NCBI GenBank assembly: GCA_963668025.2
Contig: CAXXTH010000012.1
Span: 96,001 to 160,000 of the forward strand
Origin: Candidatus Hydrogenedentota bacterium
Lineage (GTDB): Bacteria > Hydrogenedentota > Hydrogenedentia > Hydrogenedentales > SLHB01
DNA length: 64,000 nt
Reading direction: 5' to 3'
In this document: positions 49,982 to 59,406 of the stretch, piece after piece
Numbering within the stretch: position 1 is the first letter of the stretch
How the letters are laid out: each line of letters opens with the position of its first letter
Program-made: the position numbers and the translations under genes
The notes under the pieces: generated by a model
Told to the model about the DNA's origin: nothing
Seen by the model: the letters and a program-made list of their open reading frames with translations, nothing else
Databases searched by the model: none

Positions 49982-52414
49982 TTACTCTGTAGATCCTGCC
50001 ACAAACGAATAGAGTGCGAATTCGCCGCTTGTATTCATGGGATCAAGTCGGAATTGGGTGATCGTTCCCCGCCATTCGGGATGGGCGCTCAAGTCAATGC
50101 AGTACTCGTGAACTTGCCCATCCGCTTGAATCGCGAACGGAACGCTGCGCCCTTCCTCAAAGCCTGGCTTTTCATCGGAAGACCAATACATCCGGCCCGT
50201 GGAACCGGCGGATGCGGACAACGATATCTTCACTTCCCGCACCTGGCTGGCATCCAATTGCATCGCCGGAGGGCCAAACAACATGGGCGCACCCTCATGC
50301 GACACGCCCCGTAGTGCGCCATCCGCCCGCTGCATCCGTGCGGGAGAAGGGCCGCCCGCGATAAACCACATGCTCCGGTTTGACGACAAATCCATGGATA
50401 TCCCATGCTCCGTGCTTAAACGTGCGGCATAGCGCTGCTGGTATAGGGACACGATGCTTGGAAGGGCGTCCGTGGTTTGCATGCGCGTCCGCTCAGACGG
50501 CAAGGGAACCGGCGTTTCGTACGGGCCACGGGCGGACCCCAGCACGTTTCGTATAGCAGCAGCCTTGCCGAAACCATATGGCGCGCCCGGCTCGATGGCC
50601 CCGCCTTCGCCCCACTCGTTCCACGACTCGACCAGACCGATTTTCAGATTAGGATCGATGTAATCAGGAAGCATCGACAGCATGGCGTGAAAAGCCGCTG
50701 CATCGTTTCCCGTGGTGCGCCAGGCGCTTTTTGGATTGCGCGGAGTGTCATCCCAGCCTGCCCACGCCGTAGGGATATAGGGAAGGCCTTGCGCCTGGGC
50801 GCGCTCCCGAGCGGCAGCGAACCAGCGTGCGTATTCCGGCAGCAACGCAGCATAATCCACATTGTGTTGCGCATCCTGCAACAGATCACCGCTCATAAAG
50901 GAATAGGCTGTAACACAGTCAAAACCAGCCGACGCATACGACGGCATCCATGGATTATTATGCACGGCGATAAAATAGATGCCCGCATATCCATGGGCTT
51001 GGGCCACACCGCGCATGGCGTCGAGCGCCTTGCGCGCGGCGGAGGCGTTTCCAAGGCCATTCACGAGCCGCCAAGGCTGGTAGATAAAAAATGCCGGTTT
51101 CCCATCAATGCATAGATAATTGGACTGTGAGAAATAGCGTGAGCACAATAATTCCGCTAATTCGGAAAGCGATTGTTCCGAGAAATCATACGGCTTAAAT
51201 TCTTCCACCGTGCCTTGCTGGATACACCAGTGGATGGCAAACTTCATTTGCTCCCGAAAGCGGCTCTTTAAAAAACCTTCATCCAGCGCATCGTTTAGAT
51301 ATTCATATCCTTGGTTGTAATACCAGTCGAAGATGAAGAAGTCGATGCCGTGGCGGGCAGCCCACTGGACATGCCAGTCCGCAACCTCTGGAAGCGCCTC
51401 GTTATAATAACCAAGCAGCGGCTTGGTGTTTTCACACGACCGCATCCCTTGAAAGGCCTCGGTCCGCGTGGACCAATCGATCATCGAGGGAAAGTACCAG
51501 CAGCCAGTTTGATATGACTTCCGCATAGGCTCTGGCTTGGCGAGCTCCGCCGTTGCCGTTGGAATTTCGGTCGGAATCGAGTCAAACACCGGTGTTGCCG
51601 CCCGATGAACGGCCTCTAGATGTTTCCATCCGCCGCACACTTCCACCTGGAATTCCGCTTGGGCATCCACCGACTTTCCAACCAACGGCAAAGTAAACGC
51701 GCGGCCTTCCCACGGGCGCAATGTTCCGACTTTCACTTTTAGCTCATGAGGTGAAGACATGCCCTCAGGCAGCGTAACCTTGGCCAAAACATGCCGCAAC
51801 GGTTCCGAAGCCATGTTTTGGATTCGATACCGCAATTGGGATTCCGCGCCTTCTTGAAGTGGTTCAGGCATCAACGCGATATGGATGGATGGCGCAATGC
51901 CGCTGGCCTGCTCCAGAAACAGCCGGGTCATGCGGCAGGCGCTCCCTGGCGCCACGGAGAGTAAGAGGCGCGCTTTACGTGCATTTTTAGGTGCAATGAC
52001 CTGGGCGCGGTATTCGGTCCATTCATCCCCAAAAAGCATGCCTTGCCAGGAATTGTTTTGTTGGATGAACGCCTCCGATTTGTCCAGCCATGCCACGGCG
52101 ATCATGAACGTCTCATGCCCATATCCGCCCGTGCGCTGGACCATACCGCCGATATCATACGCCTGCCCTTCCTCGACTTCGAAAGGATGTGATTGGGCAA
52201 CTGGCGGCGCGGAAGCGAAGCGGGCGTCCAATGCCAGCGTGAACTCCGCAGGTCCTCCGGTGATGTGCTCAAGCCGCACATACTCCGGGTCTAGCACTTC
52301 CCAGCCGTTTAATCCATCCTCGAATGCCGGATTCGGACAAGAAGGCGAGGCCTGCGCGGCGGCCATCATCCCTATCGCGAGAAGAGGGAGAATCTCTGCC
52401 CACCACCCGCTCAT
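49982..52414 (-). CDS. Secreted GH99-like (WbsX-like) glycoside hydrolase with CBM-like modules
   Basis: PLLGYY, HGIDFFIFDWY, YLCIDGKP, GWDDTPR and SWNEWGEG..IEP motifs; N-terminal NPAFEDG CBM4_9-like module; C-terminal WRGTITQFRLDP module; TAATG coupling to the upstream gene. Confidence 0.82.
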   Translation of the reverse strand: MSGWWAEILPLLAIGMMAAAQASPSCPNPAFEDGLNGWEVLDPEYVRLEHITGGPAEFTLALDARFASAPPVAQSHPFEVEEGQAYDIGGMVQRTGGYGHETFMIAVAWLDKSEAFIQQNNSWQGMLFGDEWTEYRAQVIAPKNARKARLLLSVAPGSACRMTRLFLEQASGIAPSIHIALMPEPLQEGAESQLRYRIQNMASEPLRHVLAKVTLPEGMSSPHELKVKVGTLRPWEGRAFTLPLVGKSVDAQAEFQVEVCGGWKHLEAVHRAATPVFDSIPTEIPTATAELAKPEPMRKSYQTGCWYFPSMIDWSTRTEAFQGMRSCENTKPLLGYYNEALPEVADWHVQWAARHGIDFFIFDWYYNQGYEYLNDALDEGFLKSRFREQMKFAIHWCIQQGTVEEFKPYDFSEQSLSELAELLCSRYFSQSNYLCIDGKPAFFIYQPWRLVNGLGNASAARKALDAMRGVAQAHGYAGIYFIAVHNNPWMPSYASAGFDCVTAYSFMSGDLLQDAQHNVDYAALLPEYARWFAAARERAQAQGLPYIPTAWAGWDDTPRNPKSAWRTTGNDAAAFHAMLSMLPDYIDPNLKIGLVESWNEWGEGGAIEPGAPYGFGKAAAIRNVLGSARGPYETPVPLPSERTRMQTTDALPSIVSLYQQRYAARLSTEHGISMDLSSNRSMWFIAGGPSPARMQRADGALRGVSHEGAPMLFGPPAMQLDASQVREVKISLSASAGSTGRMYWSSDEKPGFEEGRSVPFAIQADGQVHEYCIDLSAHPEWRGTITQFRLDPMNTSGEFALYSFVAGSTE

Positions 52415-54444
52415 TATTGGCAATTCCCAGAAAATGTCTTCACCCAGCGCGTTCCCTTCAAGGCTGCCGCGGACAGCGCCCGGTCGCCAAGCCGGTCTTC
52501 GATATATGAAGCCACCCTTTTTTCCTGGCTTTTATACCCTTGCCTTAAAAACGTCATGCTGAAACGCCATTGATCAACTGGGCACGCCAGTTTGATGACG
52601 ATGCGTTTAGGAGCGTCTTGCCATTCGACAATACAGGAATGGTCCATGGGAAACCATGAACCGGTCGATTCCGAGCGAATGCACTCGACGCCATTGATCC
52701 AAACGGCCATGGGCACGGTCACGCCCATGACAAGCTGGGCCTTCAAAGGCTCCGACGCGGCCACCTCGCGCACAAAGTAATACACCGCTTCACCCGTAAA
52801 GCTCCCGACATGCTGGGCGTCTACAATGCTCTCGCCGAGTTCGAGCAGCATGGGGCACTCATCTGGAAGGTCTTCCACGAGCAGGCGCTCTTCATCCAGA
52901 TAGGGCCGGTCCAGCCGCACGTGGTTGTGGAAACAGGAATAGAATCCGCCCTCCGTCTGTCCAGGATGGCATGCGAAGCCATCATGGCGGAATAAACAAT
53001 ACTCGTCCTTCTTGGTATCATAGATATCCCAATAAGGGCCATAGACGAGCCATTGGCGCGCCCCGGCGAGTCCGAATACATGTTCCAGCGCTGGCGCGCC
53101 ATCCACCCGCCAGGAAGCCGACACCAAATTCCTGTCCCACATCGTGGGCGAATTCTCCGAACGGCAAACCGAGAATGTGAGCCGCTGGGAACTGTTTGGC
53201 CGAACCGACACCTGCGCCGATTCAGGGGATATGCTTAGGCCGTTCACTGGTTCGAGTTGGAGGTGGCCCCGGGCGATATCATTGCCCGTATTCCTCAAGA
53301 TCAGGCTGACACGCGCCTCTTGCGCCACGTGCAGGATCGGTTCCTGCTCATACTCGACTTCCATCGCGATGGAAGGCGATGGCTTCCGGCCCGCTTGGCG
53401 CGCCGTCACTTCTTTCGCTATATCGTCCGGCACGCCGGTGATTTCCACGGCCTTATTGCGCGCCCACGCCATCTCGATTCCGAGCTTGCAAGTATCCAAC
53501 GCGAAATCGCTAATCAACACATCCTTGTGGCGCACATCGAGCCCGCAGTTCAACTTTTTCCCCAACTGCTCGCACCAATCCTTCGGGAGATTCGAGCCGC
53601 CTTGGATAGCGCCTAAAAGCGCGCCCGCCGTGGCTGCCGTGCAGTCCACATCCCACCCGCAATTGATGGCCAGCGTGAGCGCGCGTTTGAAATCACCCTG
53701 GCACGCGATCAGCGACAAATAGGTAAAGGAAAAATTAATGACGCCTTTCGAGCAATCCCGATGCCCATACATGCGCACCAAAAAGCGCCAGATTTTGCGC
53801 CAGTCTTCCCCATCTGCAAAGGCTTCCGCCACTTCATCCATGACGCGATGCAGGATGCTCTCGGACGGCAATGCGGCGCGCCCAGCCGCCAACGCGTGTT
53901 CGAGCGATCTGGACGAGAGCGCCACCGCCATGGCGGCCGCCCAGAATTGCTCCGCGTAAATCGACTCGCCGATATGATCCAGCTCGCCGTCCATTCGCGC
54001 GAAGCCTGCGGCCAATTCGGGATTGCCCGGGGCGGCGCATCCCCAGATTTCCGCACGAATGGGGCATCCCATGGACTCGCAGAAAAACGTATTGTTGAAG
54101 CGTCCGGACAGCGGGGGATCTATCCCGCGCTCTACGTTGTGTAGAAAGTAGCCATATTCGGAGAAATTATACGCGCAACGATCTTGCCAGAGCTCAACCA
54201 AGTCTTGTTGGGAAAACCACGGCCCGCGCTCTTCTAGCATTTCCAGCCAAACCACCTGTATATCCAGATCGTCATTGGGAATAATCGTATCCGGCCAGAG
54301 CGTCTCCGTCTTCTCGCTGCCGAGAGTTTTATGCCCCTCGAATCGCGCACCTACGGTGCCCCCTATAAATTTCCCAAGCCAAGCACCAAGCACACCCTCT
54401 AAGTAGGCATCAAAAGAGAGATGAGTAGACTGTTCATTCGCCAT
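52414..54444 (-). CDS. ADP-ribosylglycohydrolase-family protein with C-terminal beta domains
   Basis: GAWLGKFIGGTVG, NDDLD, MGCPIRAEIWG and GWDVDCTAATAGALLG motifs; no signal peptide. Confidence 0.88.
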   Translation of the reverse strand: MANEQSTHLSFDAYLEGVLGAWLGKFIGGTVGARFEGHKTLGSEKTETLWPDTIIPNDDLDIQVVWLEMLEERGPWFSQQDLVELWQDRCAYNFSEYGYFLHNVERGIDPPLSGRFNNTFFCESMGCPIRAEIWGCAAPGNPELAAGFARMDGELDHIGESIYAEQFWAAAMAVALSSRSLEHALAAGRAALPSESILHRVMDEVAEAFADGEDWRKIWRFLVRMYGHRDCSKGVINFSFTYLSLIACQGDFKRALTLAINCGWDVDCTAATAGALLGAIQGGSNLPKDWCEQLGKKLNCGLDVRHKDVLISDFALDTCKLGIEMAWARNKAVEITGVPDDIAKEVTARQAGRKPSPSIAMEVEYEQEPILHVAQEARVSLILRNTGNDIARGHLQLEPVNGLSISPESAQVSVRPNSSQRLTFSVCRSENSPTMWDRNLVSASWRVDGAPALEHVFGLAGARQWLVYGPYWDIYDTKKDEYCLFRHDGFACHPGQTEGGFYSCFHNHVRLDRPYLDEERLLVEDLPDECPMLLELGESIVDAQHVGSFTGEAVYYFVREVAASEPLKAQLVMGVTVPMAVWINGVECIRSESTGSWFPMDHSCIVEWQDAPKRIVIKLACPVDQWRFSMTFLRQGYKSQEKRVASYIEDRLGDRALSAAALKGTRWVKTFSGNCQ

Positions 54445-54510
54445 TTTTAAACTCCGGCTATTGTGTTTTTCCTATACCGCATCGGTCGTGCGGTGTCTGT
54501 ATCTGTACAC

Positions 54511-54574
54511 ACTATAGCAAGCTGATTGGGAATTTGCGTTGACATTAGACCCAATTTGTAGCATAATAGACCCA
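54511..54574. promoter_or_regulatory. Divergent promoter region between the sugar cluster and the AraC gene
   Basis: Plus strand: TTGACA (54539)-N17-CATAAT (54562). Minus strand: extended -10 TGCTATAGT (54511-54519). TAGACCCA direct repeats at 54546 and 54567. Confidence 0.65.
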
Positions 54575-55482
54575 TGATCCCGCGCTACCTGTATAGAGAT
54601 TATTGCCCGGAGGCCACCTTCCGCTTTCATCTTTTCTACGGCCGTTTTGGCGCTTCCCCGGTGTATGAACTGCATACCCATGAATTCGGCGAGCTGGTGC
54701 TTGTCAGGCGGGGATACTGCAATCATATGTATGAAGAGACCAAATATCCGTTGGTGGCGGGTGACATTTTTTACGTGAAGCCCGACGAAGCGCATGGGTA
54801 CCTGGATTTATCGCCCGATTTTTCCTACTGCAATATCATCTTTGATCCCGCTCAATTCTTAGAATCCTATCCGGAATTGCTCGGAATACCAGGATACCAT
54901 GCGCTATTTCATGTCGAGCCTTTACTTAGAGTGGACCACAGATTCACGAGCAAACTGCATTTAGAAGGAGAGCTGCTTCGGCAGACGTTTGAATTCATCG
55001 AGGCGCTCAAAAAAGAATATGAAGAAAACCAAGCCGGAATGAAGACGCTTATACAATGCATTCTGGTCCAGCTTGTCGTTTCGCTTGCCCGCCAGATTTC
55101 CCAGCCGCAATCCGCCGCCCGGCATACTGTCCTTCGCCTCTCGCAGGCCATTTCATTCATCGAGCTGAACTATGCGGAACCGATTGTGCTTCAAGACATT
55201 GTCGATGCGGCGTGCATGTCAAAAAGCAGCCTGATACGATGGTTCCAGCAGTGTTACAAAACGTCCCCGCTTCGGTATTTACGCGACCATCGCCTGAAGA
55301 AGGCTTCCATTCTGCTCAAAGAAACCAAAGATTCAATCACGGACATCGCCCTCGCCGTAGGATTTTCCGACTCCAATTACTTCGGACGCGCCTTTCAACA
55401 GTTGTTCAATATGAGCCCCCGTGAATACCGCCGCGAGATACATGAAAAAAACAGCGAAGAGAGCCTGCCGGTGCAACCGTGA
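54574..55482 (+). CDS. AraC-family transcriptional regulator (RhaS/RhaR-like)
   Basis: Cupin HTHEFGELV...EAHGY; C-terminal SITDIALAVGFSDSNYFGRAF..SPREYR. Confidence 0.93.
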   Translation: MIPRYLYRDYCPEATFRFHLFYGRFGASPVYELHTHEFGELVLVRRGYCNHMYEETKYPLVAGDIFYVKPDEAHGYLDLSPDFSYCNIIFDPAQFLESYPELLGIPGYHALFHVEPLLRVDHRFTSKLHLEGELLRQTFEFIEALKKEYEENQAGMKTLIQCILVQLVVSLARQISQPQSAARHTVLRLSQAISFIELNYAEPIVLQDIVDAACMSKSSLIRWFQQCYKTSPLRYLRDHRLKKASILLKETKDSITDIALAVGFSDSNYFGRAFQQLFNMSPREYRREIHEKNSEESLPVQP

Positions 55483-55516
55483 CAGGCTCTCTCTCGCAGT
55501 CCCGAATGGTATAGGT

Positions 55517-57517
55517 TTACCGCGCGATTTTACGCCGCGCACCGAATGCTAAGCCTGCACCCAGCAATATCAAACCAGCAACGCCCATGACGGGAAGCGC
55601 AACCGTGGAATCCGGATCCAAGGGATCGCTTCCACTCGACACTTCCAAACCGTCGTTGTAGCTGTCGCCATCCGTATCTTCCAGAAGCGGATCGGTGCCG
55701 TACGTGTTCACTTCATCGCCATCCGACAGATCATCTCCATCGGTGTCCGCGACATTCGGATCCGTTCCGATAGTTTCTTCTTCCGAATCCGAGAGGCCAT
55801 CGCCATCCGTGTCGGTCTCAGCGCCCATCAGCGCGCTTTCATCAGCGCCAATGTCATTCACTGTATTGCCCAGCGGGCGCGAATCGCCATCCACGTCAAT
55901 GGTGAGCGTCGAACCAGTGGCCGCACCCAGCGCGGGAGAGGCGGCGTCACTGATATGGCCATCATCCGTCAACATCGGATCCAGATGAATCGTGTCTGCT
56001 GGCAAGCTCGAACCCTCGCCCGTAATGCCGGAGAACTCTTCATCATACGAAATATTGTGCGCGCCCGTGACGGCTCCGAGCAGGAAAATACCGAACTGCG
56101 CATCGCCGGAGCAATCCACGATGCTGTTATTCATCGTGAACGAACCAGCGGGATCACCCAGCGTGTACGTATGGAAATACGCGCCCGCATCCGCGATGAT
56201 CGTGCAATGGTTCAAATCAATTATGGAACCAGCGCCAGCGCCTTGGTCCGACGCCTCCAGATTGATCAACACGCGGTCGAAAATGGTGTTCGTGGCAGTC
56301 AGCTTGAAGGGATATTCCGTATGCACATCCGCCATGGCGCTATCAATACGCGCCGTGCCCGACAACACGCAACGGTCGAGGATCAGATTCGGCCCCACGC
56401 CATCGGAAGCCGTCGGTTCACGCACCAACTGATTACCGTTCCAGTCCATATTCTCGAGTGTCAGATAGCCGTCAATCAGCTCAAACGCTTGAAAACTGGT
56501 CGTCCCAGCATTCAAGGAGCCATTCTTGATGGTCACGTGCTCATCATTTGAAACATCGATGAGGACATCCCAGCCGCGCACGAATGTGCAGCCATCAAAT
56601 GTCACATCCGTCGTAGCGCCCGTTCCGCCCAAATGGCGCGAGATCAAGCGGCTCCGCAAATCTTCAAACGCGCAGCCATTAAAGATCGCTTTACCGTGCA
56701 ATCTGGGGCCCCAGCTACCTGTGATGGTGCAATTATTGAATTCACTGCGAAGCGCAGGCTCATCGCCAGGCGCCACCCGGTTTTCCACCCAAGGCTTCAC
56801 ATCCTGCCCATTGAATACGCAGTTATTATAGGTCTGATAGCCATTCGTCGAGTTGCCATAATTGATCATGCAACTCAGCCCATTGACGGCATAATTGAAA
56901 TAGCAGTTATTGAAGATTTCACCACCGCTGCTCGGGCCAAATTCCGCCACGGATTCATCGCCAACAGCGGATGTGCCCACAAACTCCACATTCTCGACCA
57001 CCAAGCCAGCGTTGGCCTCCGCATGAATGCATCGTCCCCATTGGGTAGGCGCCGCTTCGAGAATCATCCGGTTCGCCGCACTCTCGCCACGCAACGTCAG
57101 TGAAGCATTCGCATTCGACTCATTATCCCCTTCATACCGGACGCCCAGTACGACAGGAGCCCTTCCTTCATTATCATCCGCGTCCAGCGTCCGCGCATGC
57201 GTCGCGATGGCCGGCGTGACTCCAGCCGCCGCTTCGATTACGATGCCGGGCTGCGTCACATACACATCGCCCTCATAACGCCCCGTCTCTTGAATGGTCA
57301 CGGTGGTGCTTGGGCCATTCGTATCACTATCGTTCACCGCGCGCAGCGCCCGCTCCAGTGCGTCTGTTCCCGCGAAATGCGCCGTGCCCGTGCCCGCGAA
57401 ATCTCCGCTGTCCGCGCCACTGAGATTCACTGTGATGCTCCCAGCAAAAGCAGACCCCGTTGACAACGCCATCAGCACGCATCCAATTACAGAGATACAT
57501 CTTGTTGGCCATTTCAT
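55517..57517 (-). CDS. Secreted/surface beta-helix-like protein with DxDGDG Ca-binding repeats and a C-terminal sorting-like tail
   Basis: Signal peptide; FNNC/FDGC repeats; DIGADE motif; DTDGDGLSD repeats; LPVMG-TM-RRK end. Confidence 0.75.
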   Translation of the reverse strand: MKWPTRCISVIGCVLMALSTGSAFAGSITVNLSGADSGDFAGTGTAHFAGTDALERALRAVNDSDTNGPSTTVTIQETGRYEGDVYVTQPGIVIEAAAGVTPAIATHARTLDADDNEGRAPVVLGVRYEGDNESNANASLTLRGESAANRMILEAAPTQWGRCIHAEANAGLVVENVEFVGTSAVGDESVAEFGPSSGGEIFNNCYFNYAVNGLSCMINYGNSTNGYQTYNNCVFNGQDVKPWVENRVAPGDEPALRSEFNNCTITGSWGPRLHGKAIFNGCAFEDLRSRLISRHLGGTGATTDVTFDGCTFVRGWDVLIDVSNDEHVTIKNGSLNAGTTSFQAFELIDGYLTLENMDWNGNQLVREPTASDGVGPNLILDRCVLSGTARIDSAMADVHTEYPFKLTATNTIFDRVLINLEASDQGAGAGSIIDLNHCTIIADAGAYFHTYTLGDPAGSFTMNNSIVDCSGDAQFGIFLLGAVTGAHNISYDEEFSGITGEGSSLPADTIHLDPMLTDDGHISDAASPALGAATGSTLTIDVDGDSRPLGNTVNDIGADESALMGAETDTDGDGLSDSEEETIGTDPNVADTDGDDLSDGDEVNTYGTDPLLEDTDGDSYNDGLEVSSGSDPLDPDSTVALPVMGVAGLILLGAGLAFGARRKIAR

Positions 57518-57807
57518 GCCTTGGGTCCTCCTGTCCTCATTTGTAGCCTCGCTCTTGGCCGGACGCCATTATCCGGCTCTCGATACTGAGGTTATCAGAA
57601 GAAGTGGAAATCTACCTTCACAAACACGCCAGAAAATCGCACACAATTCTCATTTTCGGTTTTATGCCCCGATTGCCTCATTCCACCTCCAAGCTTGCCC
57701 CTGCTTTTCCACATCAAACAGCAGGCGTCCTTTTTAGTTAACCGGAACAGAGAGCTCATACAATTTATAGCGCCAATAACTATTACTGTAATATGTCAAC
57801 TCTTAGG

Positions 57808-59406
57808 CTATGCACCAGAGGCATCCTGCGTGAACTTCGCGGGAGCCATATCCCAGGCCTGAAGAGATTTGATCACCGCATCTCCCCCTTTAGCGCAAGC
57901 CTTGGCCAACAGCGCCTGCGTACTTTCCGGATATACCATTTGCGTAATACATTGGCGATCATTGGCGAACACTTCTAGCATAGGCTTATCCAAAAACACC
58001 CGCAGTTTCAACGGTTCACCCGGCGCAAGCGCCAGCGGCGCTTCCACCACATAGACCGGTTTCTCGTTCACCGATTGCTCGTTCGCGTTGTATCCGGTAA
58101 AAATGGTCTCGCCATAAAATACATCCGTGCGCAATGTCGAATGCGTCACATCTACTTTAAGTTTCTGCGCCTCCGCGTCATACCAGATCGCCGTTCCTTC
58201 TTTGCCATCCGGCGAACAGCGCACCATGAGGCCCGCCTGTTTCGCACCATTGAGTTCTATCTCCACATCAATCTCCAGGCAATCGCCTTGAACACGGTCC
58301 AGGGTGATTTCCGAGCCTGCTGGAACTGGAAGGTTTTCCATTTGGCGCACGTTACGGCGCAATGTTTCCAGCTCTGGCGCAGGCGTAATATGCACGCCCC
58401 CATCCTTATCTAGAGATAACACGCGGGGAAGGCTTTGAAATCCCGAACCTGTTTTCACCTGGGATGGGCGGATGCGCGGATCGGACACCCAAGCCCAGAA
58501 GATCCGCCGTCCCTTGTCATCCTGCAAGCTCTCGGGAGCGAAAAATTGGCCGCCTGGCCAGTTCATGCGAATATGCTGCTCCGGGTAAAACTTCTCATTC
58601 TCGTACCGCCCGATATAACAGCGCGCCCCCATCTTGTGGCTGATGCACATCAAGCCCCATTTATCATCGCCCAGTTTGAAGAAATCCGGACACGAGCAGT
58701 CTTCGCCATCGACCGTCCAAGTGAGATCCGGATGCTCGTAGAAGGAGTGCAGCGGCGTCCAGTTGACCAGGTCCGCCGATTTGAGCAGATAGAGCGTATC
58801 TTTTTTGTTCGGCAGCGAATTGCCCCCGAGCAGGCAGTAATACGTGTCGCCTTCGAACCACATATAGGGATCCCATACCCCATACACGCCCCATCCCGGA
58901 CTGCCTTCTTTTGTAATGGGAATGACTGGATTTTTCGGATGCTTTTTCCATTGGATCAGATCATCATCTTGCGCCGTGGCCACGCATACGCCCGCGTCGA
59001 TGCCAAACCAGCAAAGCATGGGCGCGCCTTCCTTATTAATAAAGGCATTCCCGCTGAAAATGCCCGTATCGGGATCACCGGCTGCCGGGACCAATGACGG
59101 CGCATGATAGGTCCAATCCACTAAGTTCGTACTCGATAGGTGCCGCCAGCTATGCCCATAGTCAGGAAGCTTCTCATCCTGATAGATGTACATCAGGTGA
59201 TATTTGCCCTTCCAAAAAATACAGCCATTGGTGTCACACGGACACACCACCCCCTGCACGCCTTCTCCCGGCATCGGTCCAATATGATACACAGGCCATT
59301 CTGCATTTCTTGCCATCGTTTGCCCTTCCTGCTCTTCGGCTGATGCACCCGGTGAGGCGTAACAAAACGCCATCGCTGCCGCCATAATGAATGAGAGTTG
59401 CCGCAT
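57808..59406 (-). CDS. Secreted GH32-like glycosidase
   Basis: CDTNG, WRHLSSTNL, FSGN, WDP, SCPDFF, FFAPES, RRIFWAW, SLPRVL and LEVFAND motifs. Confidence 0.88.
   Translation of the reverse strand: MRQLSFIMAAAMAFCYASPGASAEEQEGQTMARNAEWPVYHIGPMPGEGVQGVVCPCDTNGCIFWKGKYHLMYIYQDEKLPDYGHSWRHLSSTNLVDWTYHAPSLVPAAGDPDTGIFSGNAFINKEGAPMLCWFGIDAGVCVATAQDDDLIQWKKHPKNPVIPITKEGSPGWGVYGVWDPYMWFEGDTYYCLLGGNSLPNKKDTLYLLKSADLVNWTPLHSFYEHPDLTWTVDGEDCSCPDFFKLGDDKWGLMCISHKMGARCYIGRYENEKFYPEQHIRMNWPGGQFFAPESLQDDKGRRIFWAWVSDPRIRPSQVKTGSGFQSLPRVLSLDKDGGVHITPAPELETLRRNVRQMENLPVPAGSEITLDRVQGDCLEIDVEIELNGAKQAGLMVRCSPDGKEGTAIWYDAEAQKLKVDVTHSTLRTDVFYGETIFTGYNANEQSVNEKPVYVVEAPLALAPGEPLKLRVFLDKPMLEVFANDRQCITQMVYPESTQALLAKACAKGGDAVIKSLQAWDMAPAKFTQDASGA

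Noticed and set aside
52414-54444. ADP-ribosylation antitoxin/immunity or DraG nitrogenase regulator
   Set aside because: No ADP-ribosyltransferase, toxin or nif gene nearby; the context is carbohydrate catabolism.
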